Part shown: positions 1-13,846 of the stretch, piece by piece
Numbering within the stretch: the first letter of the stretch is position 1
How the letters are laid out: the number at the start of each line of letters is the position of its first letter
Position numbers and translations under genes: made by a program
The notes under the pieces: generated by a model
Databases searched by the model: none
What the model saw: only the letters and a program-made list of their open reading frames with translations
What the model was told of the DNA's origin: nothing
Assembly (NCBI RefSeq): GCF_041146345.1
Contig: NW_027191409.1
Location: 930,001 to 994,000, forward strand
Origin: Neodothiora populina
Lineage: Eukaryota
Direction: 5' to 3'
DNA: 64,000 bases

Positions 1-966
1 TTATTTCACGTCATTTGAGCTGCAACAGGCCGTTCGGAGCTATCAGATTCGCTATACTCGGTGCTTCGTGGATAATATTCGTGGTTTCGCTACAATTCTC
101 GTAATCTACTATTGTCTTCTTTGAGAACGCGGCCCGTAGCCGTTGCTAGAAGGGTGTCAGCATGGCATATCACATTAAGGTAGCCTTAGGTAAGGTAGGT
201 TGATTGCCCAAGCTAGGCAAGTACAAGGCGCTGCATTTACGCACGATGCTCAATCATGTAAATCTATCAAAGTGAGCCTCAACAGTGTGTTGACATGACT
301 TCATGACCCAAGTGCTCGCCTTTCTCACGGCGAATTCCTGGCGGGGTCCTAGTCTTCTTCGGTGTCCTGACCGGGCTCTTCCTCCTTCCAACCTGTAATG
401 CAGGACCGCTCTCCTGCTGATTCCATCCGCAGCAACTTCCATTACGTGGCGGGGTAATGATATGAGCGCAAATCTCGGATGTCATTCCATGCTCACTGCT
501 AAGTCTCATCGATTCTCAGGTCTTTCCTTGAATAAAAAAGGAAAGATGTCTAGACCTGCAGAAATTCAGCATCTGTCGTCGCATAATGGAGCTTTCCACG
601 AATCAGAACCAGGTCGATCAAGTACAAGGTGAAAGGCCATCACGAGTCTGCAGATTTGGGCGCCAATAGATATCTAACCACTCTCATTGGGCAAAACATC
701 TCGATTTGACCGGTGCTGCATTCCTGCGGGGGGCATGGAGCCTTTGCGAGCTACCTTTCTTAAATGCACTTCGCGTCGTTGCTGTGCCATGTCTCTGTAT
801 TACACGGACATCGTCTTGTCGAGAAATGCCATTCCGATAGTATCAATAATTTTGGTGCGACCTTGGAATGTGTTTCGACTGACACCGATTCGCACTCACT
901 TGCTGTGCATCCATCCGCCTTCGTTAACGGGTGACGACATCACAACCTAGGCGAGAAATTATAAAT

Positions 967-3581
967 ATGACCGCAACACAACAACAGCAGCATGATCATC
1001 CTCCGTCGTTTGGCGGGTTTGTGTGGGTGCAGTCTGCCCAAGACACCCCAAGTCCTCTCGACTCGTGGACTATTGTCTCCTCCAATGGCTCTCCAAAACA
1101 ATTGCTGAGCATCTCGTCTGCCTCTTCAAGCCATTACTTGCGTAACCCATCGACAAGCCCGAGGCACTATACACCAGAACCCGTGCTGCTCGAGCAGCCT
1201 CGTGCATACCCTTCCACAGATTTGACTACAGATTCTAACGATGCCGGACATTCCTCGAGGGTTAGGTCCACAACGACCGCCTCCTTCAATTCCATGTATG
1301 AAGATCCAACTAGCTGTGAGCTAGCTCAAGGCTTTGAAGGACATATGCCAGTTTTAGCCTCGACTCGGCAGTATTGTTGGGACCCGCAATGGACCAATCA
1401 ATTCCAGTCATCTCAGCTTTCAGTAGGTGGACCACCGATGTCCATGTTGCAACAAATTCCATTCACCTCGCCGGGCGACTTTTGGCCCGGCCAATACCTG
1501 GGTCCTCAAGTCTTCTTTCGAGAGACCGCGATAGGCATGAATCCATTCAGTGCGGACTTACACCAGCCATTGGAACAAGACATGTTCACCATGGGGAACG
1601 ACATGGGTATCTTCTCGACACCACCCAACGGATGTAATTATCATGATATATCAAGTGCGGCTACACAATCGGATGGTGGAAGACAAGTACGCAACACAGC
1701 AAGTGAAGCCACCACCGAGCCGCCCCTTGGTTTTGTATATGGCGAAAGTGATCCATGGAATGCACTCCATCTCGCCCAAGATAACATCAATGTTCAAGGA
1801 CATTGTATGTCTAACGATGGAAAGAGACTTCACCGGAACTATGTGACTGCACAGAGGAATCTACATGTTCCTATAGCCCCAAAGCCTGATGGGAGGACCT
1901 CGGTAGCTCCACAACGAAGCGACAATAAGATAACGAAGACGGGTAAGAGGAAAGGGCCTTTACTTCACCCTACACGCGAGAATGCCAAGATCACTAGAGA
2001 CAAGAAGGCGTGTTGGCCTTGTGTCTTTTTGAAGGTAGATTCAAGCCCGAGCAATCACAACGATAGGTGCTGACAGCCACTACAGATGACTGTGAGATCG
2101 GATCGCGCATGCCTATGTTTAAATGGATCTCGACTAACACTATAAAGTGCAAAGGGGACGGATTTTGCGACAAGTGTAGCCTTCGCCGGCATCGTGGCCA
2201 GTCTCATCTTCTGGGCTGTTTGCGAATTAGATTGACAGATATGGTAACGACGATATTGCCTTGTTAGTAGTACTTCAGGATGCTCCGTAAAATTGCTAAT
2301 CGTGTAGCGTCAATGACTAAGATGCATCAACACGACGATCTGATTACCTATGTCCAAGAAAGAGCCATAGGCTGGTTGGACGAGCGTCCAGATATTTGGG
2401 TAGATCTCAATACTGGTATGTCAGTCACTGGCTGGTTATTGTTGTTAAAATTGAACGACTTTCAGGATTCGGGCCGTCATTTCGGTGGTTGTTGCATGAG
2501 TATGAACCAGCTTGGCCGGAGCTCCTCTATCGTGAACAGCAAGAGCTGTGTGCCGATGGACTGACCTGGAGGTTGACAAAAAAACGATCTCCACCCTTAG
2601 GAGTGAAGAAGCTCGATAAAGGTGATGACAAGCGTCTCAAGGACTACATTAGCACACTCGTCAGCTACCACCTTAACGATTTCGAAAAGGCTTGCTTTGA
2701 CGGGGAAGATCCTTTCAAGATCAAAGTGACAGGGTTGTTGTGCACTCTGTACCGCAGGCTGCGGTACGATAGCCAAGTGAGCATTCAGCGGCCCCTCTAT
2801 CGCCGCCGTCTAATGACTTACGATTGAGCAGCATGGTGCACTTCGTGATGCTTTGACATCAATATTTAAGATGTTGGCTGCCACCCTCATCATGGATCAC
2901 ACTATCGATATTGACGACGCTGGTCGTGATCAGACCTTGACTAGATTATCTGGACACAACGATCCGGCTGCGTACTCACAAAGGGTATCCCCATGGATGG
3001 CAAGTATGCAATTGAAGTATTATTTTGCCCGGATTCGTCATGACCACTATAACGATATCCTTGGGCGTCTTCAACAGATTCTACATAATCCAGTAAAGAT
3101 GTATCCGCGGATTTGTGCTCTAATACTGATCCTTGCACTTGGACTAGTCCTTGAAGAATGCCAACAATTGCTTCTCTTCCAGGCCGAGGGTCGGCTTAGC
3201 AGAGGCGAGGAGAAAGATGAATGGGTCGCTCGTAACAAGGCTCGACAACAATGCGCAGAGATCGATGGCGCTTTTAGCCATATCAAGAATATTTTCCATT
3301 GTAGATATGCCACCGGTCGGAATACACAACAAGCTGATATTCGTACATGGCTCAACAGCAGCAAAGATCCATGGGAGAAGGGTTTTTTGCGCAGTTTGAT
3401 AGATCTTTGTGACGAACACAGTCAGTGCAGAGGACCCAAATGTGTGTTTCAAGTCAAGTAATGTACTAATGCAAGCACAGGAGATCATCTCAAGAACCGC
3501 GAGAGCTTGGATCTCGGCTCGGCATCGAACGACAACCACTCATCTCGACTGCTGGCACGCTTTCTGCTGAGTGTCACATGA
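967..3581 (+). CDS. Zn(II)2Cys6 fungal transcription factor, multi-exon
   Basis: Splicing 2035-2085 and 2092-2147 around microexon ATGACT gives CWPCVFLKMTCKGDGFCDKC..C, preceded by a basic region KRKGPL..RENAKITR. Further exons lie in ORFs 2280-2564, 2396-2827 and 2853-3461. The last exon from 3481 ends at TGA 3579-3581. Confidence 0.85.
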
Positions 3582-4944
3582 GCTTCATAGGAATCGTTTG
3601 AACATGCCTGTCATCTGGTTGGAGACGGTGTACGGGGTCCGTCCGCAGGATCACCTTAGCAATTATACAATATATCACAGCACATACTGTCGTTATTAGT
3701 ATAGATGGCCATACAGCGCCTTGCAGCAATACATATTTTTGTTTTCGGTCTATTGTTTCTAGTCTACAATATCAACCTTCATTTCTATTCTTAAACTACC
3801 ACCTACGTGAACAAGTTGATATTTAGCAAACAATCAAACAAGCAAACAATAGGTTTTCATTTGGGAAGGTACCATAACACCAACAAGGATGGGGAATTCA
3901 AGGAATTGCCTCCGAATCACGCAAGGAGGAATGGTCTTACGCATCATCAGTTGCCGAGGAGTGATATCTTATTCTCAATCTTCCCCAAGATACGACCCCT
4001 CGGGCCCATATCCCAATCGGTCGGGTCATGGTTCTTCCCACTTTTGTCCGGGTTAGCCTCTCCCGTCGTCGATGCTCAATTTTCCCGAGAATTGGACGGA
4101 TATACGAGGCCAATGCAGGGAGTATGGCACTGCAAACTGCAGATACCGGCAGCAGCAGCAGTAGTGGTAGCGCCCACATGATACATGTACGCAGGACCTT
4201 GTCTCGGCTCGGGAGATTCTCGTGAGGAGGTAATACCTCTGACCTTGCTTCTTACCCGGATCCAAGTCACTGGAACGATCTGCGAATAGGTTCTCATCGT
4301 TTTATATCACATTCATGTTTCTTTTTGTCCCATATTTGAGCTCAGAGTCGACGTTTGATTATCCTCCATGCCGTCCCATCCACTGTCCAATAATGGGCTG
4401 CTGAGTGCACGATAAGAACGAACGAGAGAAGATCTGATTGGGAGTTGGAAACGTCATTCGATAATGGAAAACCCAGGATGTATATACGCCCCTGTGAAGC
4501 GAACGTGTTGTAGACCAGGCAGACCATTGGCCATGAAAAGAGAGATGGAATCCAGACAGTGACACCTCGCAATGCAATACAACCATTTCCCCTGACCATG
4601 CAATTCCGTCCCTGAGGCTCACAAGTACCAATGTAAAACCTCAGCAACCCATGTGACCCCTTGTTTCCCAATAAATCTCATTCAATGTGTAGCGAGTGCC
4701 AAAAGATCCAGTTTATGTCGAGCGCCGATCCAAGCAAACAAACATAACCAAAAAAAAGGAGTGACTAAAAAGGTAAACCCATAAGATGAACAAGAAAGAC
4801 TCGACAAGTGAGTTGCTGTAGTTCTGCAACAAGGTTTGGTCACCCGAACCCTTATTGCTGTAGAACAGAGTGCAATATTGCTAAAGGTCTGGTCAGCACG
4901 CACGCCAATTGATTCATGACCAGGGTCAAGATGGACATACTGAT

Positions 4945-5181
4945 CTAGATCATCATACTCTCGGTTCCAAATGAAGTGAAGCGGCCGTCGTCTTCAGGGC
5001 GTCCCTTTTTAGAATCGCCCGCGGACTTCTTTGTCTTCGGTCCCTTCTTGCCATCATCCTCGGGTCTTCCAAAGTTGACAAGAGGGACAAAACAAGTACG
5101 GCCAACCTGGTCGTCTTCTGGTCTGGGCTTGGCGGCCAGGAGAGCAGGTGATTGAGACATGGTGAAAGTGTAGGAAACCAT
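4945..5181 (-). CDS. Small 78-aa protein with three (G/P)RPEDD repeats, function unknown
   Basis: Strong fungal start context (caaaATGG), CA-rich leader and TATA-like TATAAGA about 145 nt upstream. The RPEDD motif is repeated three times with synonymous codon differences. Confidence 0.65.
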   Translation of the reverse strand: MVSYTFTMSQSPALLAAKPRPEDDQVGRTCFVPLVNFGRPEDDGKKGPKTKKSAGDSKKGRPEDDGRFTSFGTESMMI

Positions 5182-7471
5182 TTTGACAGGTGTATGTAGT
5201 GAGGGCTAATAGATCAGGTAAAAGCGATAAAAGGTATTGATGTTTCGATTGTGTTGTAAGAGATGCTTGAGAGGCTTTGATGCTGAATATGGATTGAAGA
5301 ACAACGAATACTACCTGATTCTTATAGTTTCCCATGAACCTACAGAAGGATACTTACAATGCAACACAGCCATGGGCTGTGACCATACAGTTGCCTGGTA
5401 AAACTCAGTCATAGCTGTGTATACAGGCAGGGACCATAGGCAGATTGGCTGGATGACTGTGAGGTGGGTCTATGATCTCGGCCAGGCCGTCAGGGTGACA
5501 GCTGTGTGCACAACGAAGGAGTGACAATGTGTCCTCGCTCGCGATGTATGTCGTCATCGCAGACACCGGGGTGTCGAAATAGACTGCGATAGGTTGCATT
5601 ACACCATGTTTCGAGAAGTTAGTGCTCTGCATAGCCTTTGCTGCCTCAAGTTCAAGGCTTTCTCTTCCCATATACACGGCGGTCCTCGAGCATGGAAGGC
5701 CGCCTCGGTCCAATCTATGAAGGATAGAAGCCCGGGCTCGCCGCATAATACCAAAGGAGTTCGTCTGGTACAGTCGCAGTCATTGCTAAGAGTGGGTCTT
5801 GAATCGAGGCAGAGACGTTTTGGAGCTTGGAAGAAAGGTTATTGTGTATGGCCTTGAACAGGATTGGTTCGAAAGCCCGAGTGATTCACTGAGGCAGAAG
5901 GCACATGTGATTGCCTAAACCCATGAAAAGTCGCTTGAGGACTGTGCCATTATTGCCTCGATCCATGATCGACCGTATACCAATTGTGGATGTAGGATAT
6001 GGATGCGCGCACTGACAAGATCAAAAGCGTCGTGTATCAATCTGAGTTTCGATTCTACCTTCGAAGAACTACGCCGCTTGTAGGCGATCCTGGCCGTCCG
6101 GTGAGGTGTAGCAATCTTCAGTGGTCGACGGAGTCAGGCATACCTTCCCCCCACACCCCTATTTGGGGAATTAGTCGCAATTAGCCTCAATTACTAGCCC
6201 ATGCCTTCGTGGCGGAGTTCCCCGAACGAACAGTCAAGGATCGGTCGGAAATGCTTGCTCTTGCAATCGAACCAAGAACCAAGAGCGCCTTCGGGCAAGT
6301 TGCCTAGTCAGACTGACTGATGCCTTCATATTATTCTTGTCAGCTTAAAGTTAAAGGGCATTCCTCACAGAGATGCATCTGGCGAATCATCTGCCTGGTC
6401 GATTAGACATTGACGCGTGCGCACGGAGCAATAAGGCAGACACCGATATCCAAAAGTAGAATATGGGGCTGCTGTTAACTGTGTGTCTGTGTGTGTAGGA
6501 TGCGGATCTGTTAAGGAATGCTTCAAGTACACAAAAAGGTCAGGCTGGCTGAGCATTGTCCATCACAGCTTCGGAGTTGTCTGGGTACCTACTTGAGGCT
6601 TAGTTTTGTGGAAGGAGAAATAAATAGCATCGGGAGTTGAGGTGTGTCCATACAAATAAGTGACTACCTTAGTATCTCTAGTGGGGTAGTGGTAGGGGGT
6701 AAGAGGATCTCTCCACACATGACCTGGTGCTTGCTTCGCGAGTGAGTGGGAGTGTTTGCTTTGCTGCTCTCCGACCGCGCGTCATAGCATTGGTGAGGAG
6801 GGCACGCGTGCCTTCCATCGTCGAATTTTCGACGTGCATCTATCTGTTACCATTAACACACGTTCATTTCCTCTCTATATAACAATCACATCTTGCTGTA
6901 GTCTACGGGTATGAATGGTTACTCGTATGTGCCAGAGCCTTATCTGGTTCGTGTCGATTTTTCATTGTAATCCTCTTCGCGCGTGGGCTTCTCCAACGCT
7001 GACTTGACATGATGTATATCGGAATGAAGACCAATGTCTGCTACCCTGCTCCGACTGCCGTGAACCCTCCGGTAGGTTACACAGGAAACATCGACTCGGG
7101 ACTGCCTTCCGGATGGGTTTCGGGGTTGCCGTACTCTTGTCAGAACAGTAAGTGAAAGCTACTTTACAGTGCATGTCATGTACATGAGCTGGTGTACTGT
7201 AATTATATGACCTCGGGAGTCTATCCTACCGCAACTCCTGCCTATGACGTGCCACACACATTCCTTCCACAACCTTGAGAAGATTGCAAAAACAGATACT
7301 TTCCGAGATGCGGAGCTCGCGACTTGTTATGTCATCTTTGGTTGTAGCGTCAAACATGCATGACTGCGACATGGCCGCTTCACAGCTCTTTAGTAGCATC
7401 TCATTCTTTACGCGCGATTCCACTGCAGAGTCATCATGGCCATCACCATCACCTGAGGAACTGTAGAACCA

Positions 7472-8489
7472 ATGTGGGCTGATCAGCACAAACAAGGCAA
7501 TATGCCAGGACCTGGCCAGACCAAGCACGTTGCGGAGCTGGGCCTGACCGCCGACGATAACGATAATGCGTCCAATCCAGCCTCGAAAGCAGCAGCAGGA
7601 CGCAAGCGATCCAACGACGAAGCCAACAACGATGGAGCCGACGAAGTCGACCTCGACGAGATCGAGATACCCGATGGTGTAGAAATGGACTCATGCGATG
7701 TAGTGCGTCGAAAGATCCGCACCTTCATGGACAACAGCGGCATGAAGATCGGCGAGTTCTGCAACACCATTGGGGTGAGCAACAAATCTTACAATACCTT
7801 CATCCATCAGCACGGCGCCTTCAAGGGCTGCGAGTCAGCGGCTTACCAGAACGCATGGGAGTACTTTGCGAAACGAGAAAAGGCCGGACTTCCCATGCCG
7901 AAGAAGCCCAAGAAGCAGGCCACGGCTGTAAGCAAAGACGGCAAGACGAGCAAAGCCGGTGCGAAAGAAGCGCATCCCGACATCAGCGACGTCCATCTCG
8001 GGTGAAGAAACAGACTCGGTCCCCATCTTCGACTCATGCGCCGAAATCCGCAAGAAGATCAACGCCTACCTCAAAAAACCCAATGTGACGCAAGCCCAGT
8101 TCCTGCGCGATCTTTCCGCGCAGTACCACACAGAGCGAGGTCCCGCGAAGATGCAATCGACCTCTCTGAACCGCTTCCGAGAAGCCAAAGGTCCAGACGG
8201 GGGCAACACGAACTCGGTCTTCTATGCCGCCTGTGTCTTCTTCGAGAAGATCAGGGTCAAGGAGGGTAAGCCCAAGAGCAAGCACAGACAGGAAATGGAG
8301 GCTGCTTGGGGGGACCAGGGCGGTTTCGACACGAAGACTCCTGTGCACAATAAATTGTGAGTTACCTGTTTCGCTGAAGAAATAGATGACGTATTGGTAC
8401 TGACTGTCACCTCTCACAGTATGTGGGTCAAGAAGGGCGAAGAGGGCATCGGTATCAATTCCCTGGGCGAAAGGTACATTTACACCTGA
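7472..8489 (+). CDS. Hypothetical protein with two repeated helical domains (DSCDVVRRKI.. / DSCAEIRKKI..), apparently frameshifted at ~8000
   Basis: ORFs 7472-8005 and 7959-8360 carry homologous halves in different frames. A terminal intron (gtgagt..ctgac..cag, ~8358-8419) leads to TGA 8487-8489. The true start may be ATG 7502. Confidence 0.7.
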
Positions 8490-8921
8490 AGTTGGGAGCC
8501 GAACATGAGAATGTGGCGCATAAGACGCAGAGAGAGATCGATTTCGTTCCTATTATTAATACGCCGGCCGTGGTCTAATAGTGTGGCGTCGAAAGGGGGA
8601 AGGCAATATCCATTCCATTTTACAAACATATCTTAATTTGAGCATTTTCTCTCATCTCAATCAACTATTACTATAGTCTTCATGGATTTTGATCCTCACT
8701 CAGCTACTACGCGTCAAATTTGAATCGGGGTCACACGATAGGTGGCCGCCATGCAAAAGAAGACGATATCGTGTCTTCGTCGATTCCATTTAATACGTGG
8801 TTGTGCTCTAGTGTGCATTCACAAAATGAAGGTAGGTCCACCACCAATGAAAAGAGAGCCATGACCAAGACTTCGTCCTTCTCATGTATACTCATGATGA
8901 ACCTTCTCTCCGGTCTCGTTC

Positions 8922-11900
8922 TCAACCCTGGCTCGTGTCCATGGCCTCGGCCTTGACCTCGCCCCTCCTGCTAGCGATAAAGTCCGCAATCTCCTTCATC
9001 TTATCCTCGGCAGGCAAGACGTCCTCGATCTTCAGCGGCATACGGTTGAAAGGATCGGTGGGGTCGGAGAGCAAATGCTGGCGGATAGTGCTGCGATCGA
9101 CGATCTGTTTGCTGTTGGGCAATATGACGGGGTCGGTCATGAGGGAGCCCATGATGGGGTCCAGGAGCTCGTCTGGGATCTCTCCTAGGTCCTCCTCTGC
9201 TTGGGCGTCGATGGCGTGGGCTTTGGCGATGGCTTGGTCCAGCTCGCGGAGTTCGCGGATTTGATCGGGGGACTTGTACCCGAAGCTGGAGATGATTTTG
9301 ATGGCGCGCTCGAAGTTGCCGGGCTTGTAGGAGCGGCCGTCGCGGGCTACGGCGAGGTGGAAGGACTCCTTGTTGCGCAGGTTTAGGTAGACGTCGATGA
9401 GGTCTGAGAGCAGAGCTTCTGGTTGCCACTTGTACTGTTCGCGGTTCTTGACTTTGAGGTTTCCTTGCTTCGGTCCTACTAGGGCGTCGAGGTTGTAGTC
9501 CAGCATGTCGGCTAGGCGTTGGACTACCTCTGGCATTGTGAAAGATCCCGCTAGAGCGTCCGTGAAGAGCTTAAGCATGTCGACTGTTTCGTTTGTGAGT
9601 CCCATGTATGATTTGGTCTTTCCCTCTAGATCAGCAAGCAGTTCTTCCTTTTCTTGTCGCACACTCTCCTCCATGGTTTCTGGTGGCGTACGCTTGAATT
9701 CCTCTTGCAGTTCGTGGATCTTGGCGAGCGAGGAGAACACCTCGTCCAAGACGAACGTGGCGTCATTGAGTAGCAAGTTGACAAACCTGACGAAAAAGTC
9801 GGTGTTTGCACTAGCCTCGTTGGACAGTTTGTCTCTGTACAGAGTATTCGCCCAGATGCATTTCCACACCTGGAAGATCTCGTAGCGGATGTTGAACTTG
9901 TCATAGAATTGTGTGTGCGTGCCGGTGCTCTCGGCCTGAATGTAGAAGTTCATCAAGGCATGCAAGAGATGTTTATGCGCAAACGGGGATCCGTTTAGCA
10001 CGTCTCCCAGTACACCTCTGGAGTTCGAGCCGAAAGCCCAGACTCCATGGAACAAGATTGTCACGAGTCCAGCCTTGAGATAAGGACTCTGGATATAGTG
10101 TGTGTCGCTGAGGAATGTGATGCAGATGGTTATGATCTCCTCGCATTGGGTCGACAAGATGATTTGTGGCATGTAGCGGGTGATGAACTTGAAGTTAGCG
10201 ACAATATCCTCCATAAAGTACTGCGGCAGACACTTGAAGACGTCCGAGGGCTCCTTAGGCAGGGGCAGGCGAAGCTGTTCCTTGGGCAGGTTTTGTCCCG
10301 AAGCCAAACGGAGCAACCAGACAACCACATATCGCATGAACTGCATCGATCGGGCCTGAACTTCTGTGTCCATGAACACACCCATGGTAGCATGGACTAT
10401 GCTATGCGAGGTGTCGAGCGCATCTTTGAGTATCTTCAGTTGAGCTTCGAACCTTGCTGCATATCGGGGATCCTGGGAAATATTAGTGAGTAGAAGCAAA
10501 AATCAATCAGTCAAGTATGTACGAACCGCCATGTATCTAGCACGTTCAGCTTCGAATCTCTCGAGGTCTTTCTGCTGGTACTTCAGCTGCTTTTGTCTTT
10601 GTTCCAGCTGCGTGCTTGCAGCTTCGGTTCCATAGTGATGAGCAGCGACGGTCAAGAAGAAAATCTCTGAGATGAAATTGTTGGCACCTTCGACGTTCTG
10701 AGAATAAAAGGCGTCGGCAGTCTTTTGGTCCGCATTGATCTTGGTTTCGTCGGAAATGCCAACTCTAGGATTTCTCTTGAGGTAGTTGACATCAATACGG
10801 TCAATCTTGGTGAAAGTGGCGTCCATGAAAGGATCGCACAGGCGATCGAGACATGCCTGAGAGAACTGTTAGTCGTGTTGATGTGCATCTCAGGAGTGTG
10901 TCGTCTACTCACAGTGACATTGACCATAAAGCCATCAGAGGATGTAGTCTTTGGATCGACCCTGGTCGCTCGTCGTTTGTGGTTCGCGTTATTGCACAGA
11001 GCGAACCAATCAAGAATCTTCTCTCTGGGATCCTTGCCAGCCTTTACAATGGCATTAGCAATCTCGAAGAGCTCTCCCTGGTGGGTCTGCAACGTCAAGC
11101 GCAGAGCCTTCTGCGAGTTCAAGATGAAGCCTTTGTCCTGTGTCTGGGGGTTGGAAAAGTAGTGTTTCGCCACATCGACCTGTAGAGGAGATATGCGGAA
11201 GAAAGGACCGAGTGTGGTGCTGGTTTCGATGTTCTGGGCGGCAACATCTGAGTGCACGAACCTTGGCGACTGCGTTATAGCGTCTACCAGCTTGGGAAAG
11301 CGAACCAGATTGCGCATGCCTGTGATGTAAGGTCTGTAGTTGTCGTTCATACTCAGATTGGCAAGATCAGCACTAATCTGCTCCGCCGCTCCAACGAGTG
11401 CATCTTTGATGGTATCGTCTTCCTCGAAACGAGAGACAGCCTCGGAGAGGAAGTCGGTGCAGAGACCGTTGTTGCTCTCTGGATCCACCAGTAGATGACG
11501 GGCGAGGGGGTTGACAACGGGGCTGTCCAAGCCGAACATCTCGGGCATTGTGACTGCAAAGATGCAATAGCTCATGCATAGTCGGCGGGCTTCCTTGATA
11601 ACAGCATATTTGGGGTTCTCCGTATCGCCACTCCTGAGGGTGCGGAAAGCTTTTGACACCCGTTTCCAACAGCTCAGCAGATAATCCAAAGGTGTTTCAG
11701 ATGCAGCAAGGCTCGAAGCGGCCTCGGTAAGCGCCTGGTCCAGCAGGGCTGTCTTGAGCAATAGCGGCTCGTTCTGCTCTAATAGGTCTTCTCTTACTCC
11801 ATTTGCAACATGCAAAGTGTTTCCATGTAAGTCGCGGGTGACCTCTGGCTTGAGCGACAAGCGGAAGATCTGGCTCAGCGACCGGTCCTCCCATACCTCC

Positions 11901-12274
11901 AGTGGCTCTGCTGTCGTAGAGCGGGGCTTTGGTTTCACAGCACCATCACTCTCGCGCTTCTGTGGCGTCTGCGAAGAAGCAGCAGAGGTGATGTTTATCC
12001 GGGCTGGTTGCTTGTTCTCCTCCTTGACGCCTAATTGCGAGAAGGGGTTTGTAGCGGCTTTGGAGCCACTTGGACTCTCTTGTGCTGCTGGAGTGCCTGA
12101 CGGGGTGCCTGAGGGAGAGGTCTCTGTACTCGGCTGAGTTGAAGGAATCGGCGATGATGCAGAAGCTCCTCCCAGCTTCGCAAGGCGCTTGTTACGGATC
12201 TGATTGACATTAGTCGTCACGTTAGGTTTTGTCAGAACCGCCACATTCACCTTGTCAGCCTCGGACTCTGCCAT
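8922..12274 (-). CDS. UFD2: Ubiquitin conjugation factor E4 (U-box E3/E4 ligase)
   Basis: N-terminal IRNKRLAKL, core motifs SSDGFMVN, NFISEIFFLT and FYDKFNIRYEI, C-terminal U-box (IPDELLDPIMGSLMTDPVILP..DPFNRMPL). Introns near 12200-12250, ~10856-10911 and ~10472-10526. Confidence 0.95.
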
Positions 12275-13762
12275 GTCGACGAGTACGTATCCACGGTTTT
12301 ATGATACTCAGATTATCTATAACCACACTATGATGGAGTACAAGAATGGTCTTTGGACGCCGATAACACTCTCGAGGTCCAATAGATGCACCGAGATGGA
12401 AACGAACGATGGGAATGAAGGATGGAAATGTCTATATCAACTACGTCGACTTGAGGTGTTCGGAGACAGCAGCAGAGTATCGCCGCCGTGACATAATCTT
12501 CGGCCCGAACGATAAGATAAGCGATGCGAAACAACTCTCGACTTCATTTACCTTACCATTCACTGTCGTTGTATATCTTTCTAGCTTGTTGGTGGTCGTG
12601 TTCATTTTCTCGCCATGGGTAGATATACTGCTGTATTCCACCTTGGTTGCATTCCCAAAGTATAACGATAGGAAGTTGTCTATTCCAGACATGCTGCAAA
12701 AGGCAGTGTGGTATGCATTGACTTGTCATAAACCCTCTTGATCAGAACATCTCCATCATGTCCACAGTACATTCTTCATATGAAGATGTTACAATGTCTT
12801 GGAACTCTCATTAGTGTCTCATGTCTCTCTAGATACGCATGTTTGATAACTCATCTGCGAAGTAGTTGCTTTGTACAACAGACTCGTACAAAGTACTGCT
12901 CTTGGGTTTCCAGGTCGACATCTGCATCTGCGAGCAATATGCCCCGCAATCGAGCATGGGTTCAGAACATGGACCATACCTTACCTTACCTTACCTTTGT
13001 ACTTGAGCACCCACCAAAGGTACCTTTTTGCATTTATTGATACGGTATCTAGCTACCTTGAGGTAAGATGATCAGTCAAATACAGGTACAGTGTGCCGCC
13101 ACGTGCTCATCCGCCGACCTCCATTCCGTCTAGATACATGCTGCATACATGTGAATGCCCACCTATTGCATCTGGGGGCTCTCAGCCGCACGCACCTGCT
13201 ATTGCTCTACTGTCTCCGGGACAATATAAAAGGCTCCTGGCTGATTCCACCTTGTCAAAGATCCTGGCAAGCATCACACCAGGCGATTGGTCTTAGCCCC
13301 CGGATCCCCCGCCATGTCTACCCAAGGTATGCGAGATTGCCCAGTCTCTCGCTGAAGCTCTGCGTAGGATCGGCCTCTTGACTTCAAGCTAGAGGTGTCG
13401 TACAAAGTCAAGTATAGTGCCATCCTGGCGTGTCATGCCACGCCGTCCAATCATCCTCTACTGGGCAAAAGCCCCCTTTGTTGTTTCATCAAGTACGAAA
13501 AAGCACTTCATATATGTACGCCTGATGACGAGCTATCCAATACTATGGATCACAGGACCATGAGGGTAACTCTATGTTGAAACGGCGGCGGCACGAATTT
13601 GGCCATCAATGGTTATGTTCATACGTTAGACCACACGTAATGATGGACGAGACCCTCTGTATTGGGAGCTAGTTCTGCTGATCGTCTTCGCTGTGGTAGC
13701 TCTGCGCCACTCTGGGTCTGTCTTTTGGATGAATCAGGCAAGCCACAGGCTTTCAAAATTAC

Positions 13763-13786
13763 ATATATATATATATATATATATAT
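13763..13786. repeat. (AT)12 microsatellite, possibly acting as the TATA element of the downstream gene
   Basis: Perfect AT run ending ~60 bp upstream of ATG 13847. Confidence 0.85.
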
Positions 13787-13846
13787 GGCTCTCTTACCAT
13801 AGGACGATATCAGAAGTACATTGCTTCAAAACAGTCATATAGCTCC

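Noticed and set aside
4945..5181. RPEDD peptide as a mating pheromone precursor
   Set aside because: It has no C-terminal CAAX (ends SMMI), no signal peptide and no KR-flanked identical repeats.
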